Source: an uncultured virus (IMG/VR IMGVR_UViG_3300044693_000067) (Duplodnaviria > Heunggongvirae > Uroviricota > Caudoviricetes). Taken from it: a DNA stretch of 20,000 nt. The stretch lies in IMG/VR virus record IMGVR_UViG_3300044693_000067; one strand, given 5' to 3'. The position numbers and the translations under genes are program-made. Each line of letters begins with the position of its first letter. Within the stretch, counting starts at the first letter, position 1. Below, piece by piece: positions 8,333 through 15,853 of the stretch. The notes beneath the pieces are model-generated. The model was not told where the DNA came from and did no database searches. It saw only the letters and a list, made by a program, of their open reading frames with translations.

Positions 8333-8448
8333 CGTCCTTGTCCTCAGTGCTTACCCGCGCACGCGCGGAAACAATTGGAAGTGTTTGATAACCATCAATC
8401 CCGATTGCACCCAGAGGCGCAAAGTCGGCATCGTGGGGGAGTGGTTGC

Positions 8449-8631
8449 TCATTGATCGATGCCCATGAATTTGTGCGGATCGACGCGGTACATCTCGACT
8501 TCAACCGCCGATAGAGCCTCTTGGCCCTGCACGGTCATCGTGTGCTTGCGGCCGAAGTAGCGCGCATACCGCAATGCGTTTCCGTCGATCACGACAAGCG
8601 CTGGCCCGTCGAAAATCCGCTCTTGAGTCAT
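8449..8631 (-). CDS. Hypothetical protein (60 aa)
   Basis: ATGA overlap with the upstream gene; GAGG RBS. Confidence 0.6.
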   Translation of the reverse strand: MTQERIFDGPALVVIDGNALRYARYFGRKHTMTVQGQEALSAVEVEMYRVDPHKFMGIDQ

Positions 8632-9050
8632 GCGACCCTCACGTAACCCATGCTTTGAATCTGCTCTTGAACCATCTGAGAAAGCAGCGCTTTAACGTGA
8701 TCCGGCACTTCGCCTTCGGGGCGCGTGAGCCACTTCTCAAGATCGCGGTCGCACTTCTCGGCCCATTGTTTGATGGCCGTGTTTGAGCACACGCGCTGAA
8801 GAATTGATTCCTGTTCGCTCGACAGGTAGCCCTTGCCGTACTTCACCTTCGCCAAGTGCGCGCCCTTGAAGCCGAGATAACTGGCGATCTCGCCTTCGTT
8901 CTTACGGGAGATCCGATGCTCCAAACAAAGGCGGATTGCATCGCCATAGCTCTTGCACGACTCGATCAATGCTTCGTCGAGCTTCCGCGGACGCGGGATG
9001 TCGGTGAGCACCGGAAGGGCCATCTGAGCCAGGGAATAGAAATCTTTCAT
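8628..9050 (-). CDS. CII-position transcriptional regulator (HTH-like)
   Basis: Directly downstream of cro; EGEIASYLGFKGAHLAKVKYGK is HTH-like; start placed at ATG 9050. Confidence 0.6.
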   Translation of the reverse strand: MKDFYSLAQMALPVLTDIPRPRKLDEALIESCKSYGDAIRLCLEHRISRKNEGEIASYLGFKGAHLAKVKYGKGYLSSEQESILQRVCSNTAIKQWAEKCDRDLEKWLTRPEGEVPDHVKALLSQMVQEQIQSMGYVRVA

Positions 9051-9156
9051 GGGAACGCCTTTGTTTTTGCTGTTGCGTCGTGTTGCTTTAACCGTTAAAA
9101 ACGGGGCCAAATAAAGGCGCCGATAAACGACGCCAACAAAAACCGATATGACCTAC

Positions 9157-9516
9157 CTAAGCCCGAGCCTCTTTCGTCTTGCCCCGACTCTTGCCGCCTT
9201 TTCGCTTCGATGCGTTGTCTACCGAACCCCCGATGGCTTGCGTATCGTCGGAAGCCTCGTATGCTGGACGTTCAGGAGCACAGAGAACGTCACGCAGCAC
9301 CGTCCAGTTTTCATGCGGATTGAGTGCTTCGCAGCGCACACCAGTCTTTCGTTCGATCAGCGCGCACTTGCTAGCGTCACTCACGATTCCGAGCTTCAGC
9401 CAATGCGAAACCGTCTGCTGCGTAACGCCGATCATTTTTGCGAGCTTGGATTGCGTGCCCGCGACCTTGATCGCGCGTTCGATTCCGCTCTCTTCGTTGG
9501 GTGGTGTGCTCATCAT
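9157..9516 (-). CDS. cro: Cro/YdaS-like HTH regulator
   Basis: IERAIKVAGTQSKLAKMIGVTQQTVSHWLK...IERKTGVRCEALNP; divergent from the repressor. Confidence 0.88.
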   Translation of the reverse strand: MMSTPPNEESGIERAIKVAGTQSKLAKMIGVTQQTVSHWLKLGIVSDASKCALIERKTGVRCEALNPHENWTVLRDVLCAPERPAYEASDDTQAIGGSVDNASKRKGGKSRGKTKEARA

Positions 9517-9531
9517 TCGTTTGTAAGTGAC

Positions 9532-9606
9532 TACAAGCGTATTTGTAGCACAGACGCCGACGATCTACAAGCACATTTGAAGGTGCTTGATACAAAATCC
9601 TTTGTA
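9532..9606. promoter_or_regulatory. OR-like operator array: three TACAA-N6-TTG(T/A)A sites
   Basis: TACAAgcgtatTTGTA 9532-9547; TACAAgcacatTTGAA 9566-9581; TACAAaatcctTTGTA 9591-9606. Confidence 0.85.
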
Positions 9607-10394
9607 TGAAAACACTAGCCGACCGCCTTGCGTGGGCCATGAAGTGCGCCGGCCTTGATCCACACCAAAGTCAGAGTGAGCTTGCTCGACTAGTAGGAGC
9701 GCCATGCAGGGCGCAAAACATCCAGAGCATCCTCAGCGGTTCTCAGAAGACAAGCAAGTACACGCCGCGCATCGCCCAAGTTTTGGGGTGCGACGGTGTT
9801 TGGCTGGCAGAGGGAACAGGGAAAGCACCTACAAAGCGCAAGCACAATCTCGCACTTGTTGATGCATCGGGCATAAGCCAAGAAACACGTCAATTTGATG
9901 AATCATTTGCCGCGAACCCGGATAAGATTGGGACCACAAAGCCCCCCGGATTCGGAGAACTTGGACCGGCTAAACGAGTGGGGCGCAGAGAGATTCCACT
10001 TATAAGCTACGTGCAGGCCGGCATGATGACAGAAGCGATAGACCCATTTTCATTGGGCGAAGGATTTGAGACCATCCTGACCGATCAAGAGTGTTCCGAG
10101 CAGTCGTTCGCGCTGCGGATCAAGGGGAGGTCAATGCTGCCCCGTTTCGAGCCGGGGGATACGATCGTGATCGATCCCCAAAGGCAACCCAGGCCAGGCG
10201 ATTTCGTTGTCGCAAAGAACACGGAAGAAGAGGCGACATTTAAGAAGTACCGGCCTCGCGGTGTCAACGACCGCGGCGATGTCGTCTTCGAACTCGTCCC
10301 GTTGAACGAGGACTTCGCTACGCTGCACAGTGAGCGCGATCATCTACACATCATCGGGGTCGCGATAGAGCATCGCAAGCCGCTGCTCGAGTAA
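9606..10394 (+). CDS. cI: CI-like prophage repressor (HTH plus S24 LexA-type peptidase)
   Basis: N-terminal HTH (SQSELARLVG); IPLISYVQAG cleavage site; FALRIKGRSM catalytic Ser; ATFKKY catalytic Lys. Confidence 0.95.
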   Translation: MKTLADRLAWAMKCAGLDPHQSQSELARLVGAPCRAQNIQSILSGSQKTSKYTPRIAQVLGCDGVWLAEGTGKAPTKRKHNLALVDASGISQETRQFDESFAANPDKIGTTKPPGFGELGPAKRVGRREIPLISYVQAGMMTEAIDPFSLGEGFETILTDQECSEQSFALRIKGRSMLPRFEPGDTIVIDPQRQPRPGDFVVAKNTEEEATFKKYRPRGVNDRGDVVFELVPLNEDFATLHSERDHLHIIGVAIEHRKPLLE

Positions 10395-10417
10395 CCTCCT
10401 TCACGCCACCAAATAGG

Positions 10418-10441
10418 GCCCGCCATCAAGCGGGCTTTTTT
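10418..10441 (+). terminator. Rho-independent terminator after cI
   Basis: GCCCGC-catcaa-GCGGGC followed by TTTTTT. Confidence 0.85.
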
Positions 10442-10452
10442 GTGTCGCGCAT

Positions 10453-10505
10453 TACAAGGAAAATTGTAACAAGCACTTGCGACTACAAAGACGCTTGTAT
10501 ATGAT
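10453..10505 (+). promoter_or_regulatory. OL-like operators and PL-like sigma70 promoter
   Basis: TACAAggaaaaTTGTA 10453-10468 and TACAAagacgcTTGTA 10484-10499; -35 TTGCGA 10477-10482, 17 bp spacer, -10 TATGAT 10500-10505. Confidence 0.85.
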
Positions 10506-10577
10506 GAAGTCCATCAACAGCGCACCGAGCGCTACGAACGAAGGCTCGGACAACGCAATCACGCGAGGGGAACGAAG

Positions 10578-10793
10578 ATGAAAACCTGCTACATGGTTTC
10601 GGTGATTGGCAATACTAGGGCAGTTCTGGCGTCCTGTTTTGCCAACACGAGAGAACAGGCCGAGTCTGCATGCGCCGCGCTTTTCGTAGATGCATTCGGC
10701 CAGAACGGCGAGGCAACGGCGTTTGATGAAGGCGCAACGCCGGGCATCTGGATCGAGGGATCGCCGGAATACGTTCGCAGCGTACTCGCCTAA
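10578..10793 (+). CDS. Hypothetical protein (71 aa)
   Basis: GAGGGG RBS; first ORF after the PL-like promoter. Confidence 0.7.
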   Translation: MKTCYMVSVIGNTRAVLASCFANTREQAESACAALFVDAFGQNGEATAFDEGATPGIWIEGSPEYVRSVLA

Positions 10794-11023
10794 CCCCGCG
10801 CCCGCTTCTAGGAGAACGATGATGGTTCAAATCAGCAACGAAGAATATGCGGCGCTCGTTGGCGAGCGCGATGCCATGCGTAGAACGGTCGAGGGCGTGC
10901 GACAGCATCTTTGGGAGTTCAACGCTGATCGGCGAGACAACCCGCTGCATGCCGCGTATGTCGAAACGCGCACTGTGCTCGAACAGTACCGCGCCTAACC
11001 GCGCCCGCTTATAGGAGAACGAT
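10787..11023 (+). repeat. Direct repeat of a stop/RBS module, two copies (10787-10820 and 10992-11023)
   Basis: CGCCTAACCCCGCGCCCGCTTCTAGGAGAACGAT vs CGCCTAACC--GCGCCCGCTTATAGGAGAACGAT. Confidence 0.85.
10819..10998 (+). CDS. Hypothetical protein (59 aa)
   Basis: AGGAG RBS; MMVQISNEEYAALVGERDAMRRTVEGVRQHLWEF... Confidence 0.7.
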   Translation: MMVQISNEEYAALVGERDAMRRTVEGVRQHLWEFNADRRDNPLHAAYVETRTVLEQYRA

Positions 11024-11200
11024 ATGCACTTTCACGTCACGATGATTTCGAAGGTTTCGGACTACGACGTTGAGTTGAGAAACATCTTCTGGGAGTCATT
11101 GCAAGAAGCCAAACAGCGAGCCCCGATGATGATGGCGACGCCGGATATGTGGTTGGTTACGTCGATCTTTGACGCAGCGACGGACGAGCAACTGTTTTAA
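11024..11200 (+). CDS. Hypothetical protein (58 aa)
   Basis: AGGAG RBS; MHFHVTMISKVSDYDVELRNIFWESLQEAKQRAPMMMATPDMWLVTSIFDAATDEQLF (hand translation). Confidence 0.7.
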   Translation: MHFHVTMISKVSDYDVELRNIFWESLQEAKQRAPMMMATPDMWLVTSIFDAATDEQLF

Positions 11201-11345
11201 GAAATCCCGCTTCGGCGGCCATTGATAGACCTGTTCGTAGCGCAATGCCTACCGCATTGCAGTGCGAATAGCACGAAGTACCCGCGCATCGGCGCACCGC
11301 TCGTGACAGGAGCGGCGATCTTTAAAAACGTGGTGATTGAGTTTT

Positions 11346-11435
11346 GTCAGAGCGGGGCTCCTAGTAGGTGGACGCGCGGCCTTGATCGGGCCATTGATCA
11401 ACGCGACAGGTTCGAATCCTGTGGCCCGCTCTGAC
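11346..11435 (+). ncRNA. Degenerate tRNA-like element 1
   Basis: T-arm ACAGG-TTCGAAT-CCTGT (11406-11422); closing stem GTCAGAGCGGG/CCCGCTCTGAC; D and anticodon arms non-canonical; no CCA. Confidence 0.5.
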
Positions 11436-11688
11436 GACATTCGATCACTGCTTCATAGCGCGCGCCACGTAAGGCCAGAACACCGGAGATATCTGGCGCG
11501 CCGTTGTCCCTATGGTGGACCCGAGAAAGCAGAGTATCGCAACCATTCCGCGAATGCGGCACCGAATACAGCAACCGCTGGTGTAGAAAGCGGAGCGCCC
11601 GCAATAGTCACGCCGACAGGATCGGTGGTGGCGTTGCGGAAGGCGTGCGAGCCTGGGAGACAGACTGGGCTCGCACGCGAAGCAGTTT

Positions 11689-11813
11689 TCAGCGATGCCG
11701 TGGTGTAAGGAGCATGGCCGAGCGGCCCTCGGTAAGTAGCCTAGGCGGTTCGATTCCGCAATGTCTGGGGACATGGTGAACGGATCTGGTGCAAGTCCAG
11801 ACGGCATCGCTGA
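11689..11813 (+). ncRNA. Expanded tRNA-like element 2
   Basis: 12-bp closing stem TCAGCGATGCCG/CGGCATCGCTGA; D-arm-like TGGTGTAAGGAGCA; terminal T-arm TCTGG-TGCAAGT-CCAGA; second internal T-loop GCGG-TTCGATT-CCGC. Confidence 0.5.
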
Positions 11814-11820
11814 GCACTGC

Positions 11821-12021
11821 GAGCGCTTTGATGGAACGGGAATGCGCAGGCTGATGCGCAGCCAGCGAGAGGCTCGCCACCTGAATCAGGTTATCGGACG
11901 CATGGGCAGGGAAACCGAAGAGTGTTTAGTAGCGCCAGAAGCGCGAAACGCCGAACTGCCGATGAGCCGTGCAAGTAGCGTAAGCCGGAGATCAGCACCG
12001 GCCCCGTTCCATGAGAGTGCT
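11821..12021 (+). ncRNA. Structured RNA domain with potential loop-loop (kissing) interaction
   Basis: Stem ATGGAACGGG/CCCGTTCCAT encloses hairpins TGCGCA-GGCTGA-TGCGCA and GCCGG-AGATCAGCA-CCGGC; the loops are complementary (GCTGA/TCAGC). Confidence 0.55.
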
Positions 12022-12232
12022 CAGGCGTGGCGATTGGCCCGATAGTTCGGATCAAGAAAGTGTGCGAAACGCGTTCGCCGTCGCCAATCGCCACGACCTG
12101 AGCATTCTGAATTCCCCGCCCCTGGATATGGGGCATTACGAGAGCAGGTGCGTTGCTAGGGATGGGGCCCGTTAGGCCCCGAAACGAATTCAATCGAGCG
12201 CTAAGCGCTTAGGACTACTAACGGAGCAAACG

Positions 12233-12694
12233 ATGGCTTGCGATATCCACGCATTCGCCGAACGGCGAAACGAAAGCGGTGAATGGGTTCTCGTAAAAGA
12301 CGGGGTTTTCGGTTTCCGTAGCTACGGCATATTCGCGTTCCTGGCTGGCGTGAGGAACTATTCCGATGTGACGCCGATTGCGCCGCCGCGAGGTTTTCCT
12401 ACTACGGCTGCGCCTGAGATTTCTGCTTCCTACGAGAGTTGGGATTGCGATGCGCATACGGCTTCTTGGTTAACGATGAAGGAGCTGCTTGATTTCGACT
12501 ACTCGGCTTCGATGGAGGACAGACGCTGCACACGTCAGACCGGGCCGAATTCGTGGACTGGGGGCGCAACCTGCGAGCCCGGTGAAGGCAAACGTCAATC
12601 ATGGCGTGAATTCCTTGGTGACGCGTTTATTGAGGAATTGCGGCAACTCAACGCTGCCGGAGCCGAAAGAGTCGTCTTCTTCTTCGACAACTGA
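12233..12694 (+). CDS. Conserved-type hypothetical phage protein (MxCDIH N-terminus)
   Basis: GGAG RBS; MACDIHAFAE...RSYGIFAFLAGVRNY...PRGFP...SWLT..EL...RVVFFFDN. Confidence 0.8.
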   Translation: MACDIHAFAERRNESGEWVLVKDGVFGFRSYGIFAFLAGVRNYSDVTPIAPPRGFPTTAAPEISASYESWDCDAHTASWLTMKELLDFDYSASMEDRRCTRQTGPNSWTGGATCEPGEGKRQSWREFLGDAFIEELRQLNAAGAERVVFFFDN

Positions 12695-12695
12695 T

Positions 12696-12881
12696 ATGCA
12701 AACCATCCTCGACCTTAAAAGCGACACCGACAACTCGTCTCCTACCGATGTGATGTTGACCGGCGAGCACGAGGATGGTGTTGATTGGATGCGGATCACG
12801 TTGAGCAATCCGCATCGAGAGATTGTCATCTGCCGCTCAGAGTTGATGAAGACGTTGGGCGTGCTGTGGAGGCCAGAATGA
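12696..12881 (+). CDS. Hypothetical protein (61 aa)
   Basis: Starts 1 nt after the upstream stop; ATGA overlap downstream. Confidence 0.6.
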   Translation: MQTILDLKSDTDNSSPTDVMLTGEHEDGVDWMRITLSNPHREIVICRSELMKTLGVLWRPE

Positions 12882-13051
12882 TCGATCCCAAATTCCTAGG
12901 CGTACCGCCCGCTGGGCTCATCGAAGACAGCAAGGATCGCGTGGTGCATGTGATCTTCTTCGGTTCGTCGCACTACGACGAATATCAAATGCTCGACGGT
13001 GTGAGCCACTACAGCGGAAGCGTCTCATACGACCGGGTTTGTTTGCAGTGA
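12878..13051 (+). CDS. Hypothetical protein (57 aa)
   Basis: GGAGG RBS; MIDPKFLGVPPAGLIEDS... Confidence 0.6.
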   Translation: MIDPKFLGVPPAGLIEDSKDRVVHVIFFGSSHYDEYQMLDGVSHYSGSVSYDRVCLQ

Positions 13052-13066
13052 TGCAGGGAGGCGGTT

Positions 13067-13216
13067 ATGAAGCCGCTAGTAGATGGATGGCACGGGTATG
13101 ACGACTGGCTGACGCGCGAGATACCCGACGATGAGCCGCCGCTAACCGAGGCCGAGCAGCGTCAGCAACGAGAGAACGAGCAGGACGCTCGATTTGTTCA
13201 ACGACTGTTTGAGTGA
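13067..13216 (+). CDS. Hypothetical acidic protein (49 aa)
   Basis: GGAGG RBS; MKPLVDGWHGYDDWLTREIPDDEPPLTEAEQRQQRENEQDARFVQRLFE (hand translation). Confidence 0.6.
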   Translation: MKPLVDGWHGYDDWLTREIPDDEPPLTEAEQRQQRENEQDARFVQRLFE

Positions 13217-13219
13217 GAG

Positions 13220-13474
13220 ATGAAACACCTTGCACTGATTTTCGTCATCGCAGCGCTTGCTGGATGTACCGACGCTGACCGCGCTCAACTCGGCGCGTTC
13301 GGCAATAAATTCGAAATCACGCTCTATTCGGCCAGCGGGTCTGTCATTAAGCAATGGCGATCCAATGGAAAGGTCCAGACGGAAGACCATAGCGATGGCT
13401 GGTACTTTATGGACGCGACAACTGGAAAGCTGGTTCGCGTGAGCGGAACAGTGGTTGTCGATCCATTGGATTGA
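13220..13474 (+). CDS. Putative lipoprotein
   Basis: MKH, hydrophobic stretch, lipobox LAG-C. Confidence 0.8.
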   Translation: MKHLALIFVIAALAGCTDADRAQLGAFGNKFEITLYSASGSVIKQWRSNGKVQTEDHSDGWYFMDATTGKLVRVSGTVVVDPLD

Positions 13475-13481
13475 GACCCTC

Positions 13482-13721
13482 ATGCAAACCATCGAAGAAC
13501 GCATCAAACCCATCATCGCCGAACAGTTCTGCGTTCCGGTCGATGAGGTCGATCTATCGGCCAACCTCGTCGAGAAGTACACCTCTGATTCGCTTGATCT
13601 CGTCGAACTGACGATTCAGGTCGAGGACGAGTTCGGCATGGAAGTGCCCGACGAAACAATGTGGGGCTTCTCGACCGGCCAGCAGATCATTGACTACGTT
13701 CGGGCGAACGTCAAAGCGTAA
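13482..13721 (+). CDS. acpP: Acyl carrier protein (AcpP-like)
   Basis: MQTIEERIKPIIAEQF...DSLDLVELTIQVEDEFGMEVPDE...TGQQIIDYV; phosphopantetheine Ser in DSL; acidic, 79 aa. Confidence 0.9.
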   Translation: MQTIEERIKPIIAEQFCVPVDEVDLSANLVEKYTSDSLDLVELTIQVEDEFGMEVPDETMWGFSTGQQIIDYVRANVKA

Positions 13722-14186
13722 TTCCCCGAAGTCACGGTGACTTTATAAGCCGCAGAGGTGAGACGCCTCGGATTGGCTCCCCGAAGGAGCCGGAAACATA
13801 GCACCCAGCCGGAGGTGGCCTAGAAACAACGGCAGACGAAGCGTTACCGGGTTTGCCAGCAATGGCACGTGATTGCATAGCACGCCTCCTTACCGGGTCG
13901 ATCAAAAATGCTTGGCGTGGTTCCTGACGGTTCAGGCAAGACTGTGCCTTGACGCTAGTAGGTCGATGCGTGATTCGTCGGACAGCCGGGAAAGACCGGC
14001 ACCCTGACAAGTGGCGATGATCGGTAGCGGGCGGGATGCCCTGAAATAGAGCGCCTTTCGTCGTCACCTGCCAGGGAAAGCGGATGTCGACAGTACCCGC
14101 AGCCGTTATTTCGCACCAGGACGTAGGCGGGAAGTGCGCGGGGAAACACGAACGTAGCGAAGTACCTGACTAATTTAGGAGTCCTA
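13722..14186 (+). ncRNA. Structured non-coding tract (multiple hairpins)
   Basis: 465 nt with no convincing plus-strand ORF; hairpins GGCTCC/GGAGCC (13775-13791), GCCGG-GAAAGA-CCGGC (13985-14000), long stem 14002-14020/14058-14076. Confidence 0.4.
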
Positions 14187-14468
14187 ATGGCAACGATCAG
14201 CAAGCTAAAACCCGGTGACGTTCTGTATGACGTCCATAGCCACAAGATGGGCAATACGACGATGACGACGATGGGTTGCTGGACGGTGCGCGTTATTGAG
14301 GTTCACGAAGACCACATTGTTGCTTCGTGGAACGGAAACACGGCTCACCGCATGTATGAGCACAACGTGAAGAGGTTACGAGTCAATAAGCCGGTATTCG
14401 TAAAGTCGGGATTCGGGAAACGCCTAGCCACTCGCGCCGAGATAAAGGCAATGAAGGAGCCGCAGTAA
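14187..14468 (+). CDS. Hypothetical protein (93 aa)
   Basis: AGGAG RBS; MATISKLKPGDVLYDVHSHKMGNT... Confidence 0.75.
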   Translation: MATISKLKPGDVLYDVHSHKMGNTTMTTMGCWTVRVIEVHEDHIVASWNGNTAHRMYEHNVKRLRVNKPVFVKSGFGKRLATRAEIKAMKEPQ

Positions 14469-14593
14469 TGGACAACCTCATAGAAGCTTTCCTCGGCGCT
14501 CTAACGATAGTGACGGGGCTTGGGTTCTTTGCAACTGTCGCCGCGCCTTTCGTGCATGACGGCGCGCTGTTTCTTCAAATTTTCGGGAATTGA
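14468..14593 (+). CDS. Small membrane protein (41 aa)
   Basis: TAATG overlap and AAGGAG RBS; MDNLIEAFLGALTIVTGLGFFATVAAPFVHDGALFLQIFGN. Confidence 0.55.
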   Translation: MDNLIEAFLGALTIVTGLGFFATVAAPFVHDGALFLQIFGN

Positions 14594-14594
14594 G

Positions 14595-14915
14595 ATGAAG
14601 CTGATTCGACGCCTTTTCACATGGAACGACCGCCGCCGCGCTCGCGATTACCTGCAAGACGTTTGCGAAGAACGAGCTGAGATGCGCCGCAAGCTGGACG
14701 AGATCAACCGCAAGGCGGATCGAGCGCTTCAAGACGCGCTTGAACTCGATTTTGAGTGTTTTCGCGAGCAGTTCTTCGGTAAGCGTGATCCGGTGCATAC
14801 CGGATTCATTGGAAGCTCGGCAAAGTTGTTCGGGATCGAAAGCCCGACGCAATTTGTCGTCGAAGTGCCTCCGCTGAAGGCGAGCAAGTATGTTCCACTT
14901 GCGGAGGCGGCATGA
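14595..14915 (+). CDS. Hypothetical protein (106 aa)
   Basis: MKLIRRLFTWNDRRRARDYLQ...; ATGA overlap downstream. Confidence 0.7.
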   Translation: MKLIRRLFTWNDRRRARDYLQDVCEERAEMRRKLDEINRKADRALQDALELDFECFREQFFGKRDPVHTGFIGSSAKLFGIESPTQFVVEVPPLKASKYVPLAEAA

Positions 14916-15148
14916 GCAAGATCATTCAACTAGCCGTAGCGCTGAACAACGAAGGCGAAGAAAGCCTGTATGCGCTGACGGATGACGGGCAGGTTTTGCA
15001 ACGGCGATATGCGTTGCTGCCACGCAAGATTGAGTATGTGGAAAAGCCGACAAGATTTATTGACGGTTGGACCGAAGGTTGGGCACCCGTCGAGAGTGGT
15101 TGGTCCATGCCGATCAAGCATCTCGAAGATAAGTCGGGGGCATCGTGA
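14912..15148 (+). CDS. Hypothetical protein (78 aa)
   Basis: GGAGG RBS; overlaps neighbours on both sides. Confidence 0.7.
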   Translation: MSKIIQLAVALNNEGEESLYALTDDGQVLQRRYALLPRKIEYVEKPTRFIDGWTEGWAPVESGWSMPIKHLEDKSGAS

Positions 15149-15504
15149 GCGAGTGCTACTGCGATTACGAAATGCCGACGTTCTTTAGTCAGAGCGAAAG
15201 CATCGCGCGCAAGCAACATGTTTGCAACGAATGCCATTGTGCAATATCTGCCGGCAGCAAGTACGAACGCACTGCTGGTAAGTGGGACGGTAGATTCGAA
15301 CAATACAAGACATGCACAAAGTGCGTCGAACTGCGCAATTACATGAAGGCACATATCCCGTGTTTTTGCTGGTCGCTCGGCGGATTGTTGGGCGATGCGA
15401 TTGACGAGGCGAGACAGTGGAGGCGGGATGCTCCGGGGCTTCTGTTTCATGTCTATCGCCATGTCGTAGCGGCAAAGCGGGCAAGGGATGGAGGCGTGCC
15501 GTGA
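15145..15504 (+). CDS. Putative zinc-binding phage protein
   Basis: CYCD, ARKQHVCNEC, YKTCTKC. Confidence 0.75.
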   Translation: MSECYCDYEMPTFFSQSESIARKQHVCNECHCAISAGSKYERTAGKWDGRFEQYKTCTKCVELRNYMKAHIPCFCWSLGGLLGDAIDEARQWRRDAPGLLFHVYRHVVAAKRARDGGVP

Positions 15505-15701
15505 GCGAATGGATGTGCGTCGATGAACGGATGCCGGAAGACGATGCTGTTGTGCTCGTCTCGGCATGGGCCTGGGGAAAGCCCGGCGGACAGCGCTTCA
15601 TGATGATCGCTAGGCGGTGTGGATCAGTGTTCTTGAGCGAAGAAACCGGCGACGATCTATACACGCCGACGCATTGGATGATACCGGAGCCGCCGAAATG
15701 A
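15501..15701 (+). CDS. DUF551-domain protein
   Basis: MSEWMCVDERMPE...VLV...PTHWMIPEPPK. Confidence 0.8.
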   Translation: MSEWMCVDERMPEDDAVVLVSAWAWGKPGGQRFMMIARRCGSVFLSEETGDDLYTPTHWMIPEPPK

Positions 15702-15853
15702 ACAAGCTCGACCAGTGGGCGCGACGCCACCGCATTCTCGCCGGCATTGCCGCATTTCTAATCATCGCTGTCTGCCTTGAACTCGCGCATCGGATCGATC
15801 AAGAGAACGATTCGCGGGTGTATTGGCAGATGACATCGAGGGGTCAAACATGA
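15698..15853 (+). CDS. Small single-TM protein (51 aa)
   Basis: MNKLDQWARRHRILAGIAAFLIIAVCLELAHRID... Confidence 0.65.
   Translation: MNKLDQWARRHRILAGIAAFLIIAVCLELAHRIDQENDSRVYWQMTSRGQT

Noticed and set aside
10787..11023. CRISPR-like array
   Set aside because: There are only two repeat copies, separated by a coding ORF of about 170 nt, and no cas genes.
11346..11813. Calling canonical tRNA genes
   Set aside because: The D and anticodon arms are non-canonical and there is no CCA, so they are reported as tRNA-like only.
11222..12193. ORF-track ORFs in the 11.2-12.2 kb tract
   Set aside because: They lack an RBS and protein-like composition, overlap on both strands, and the region is better explained by RNA structure.
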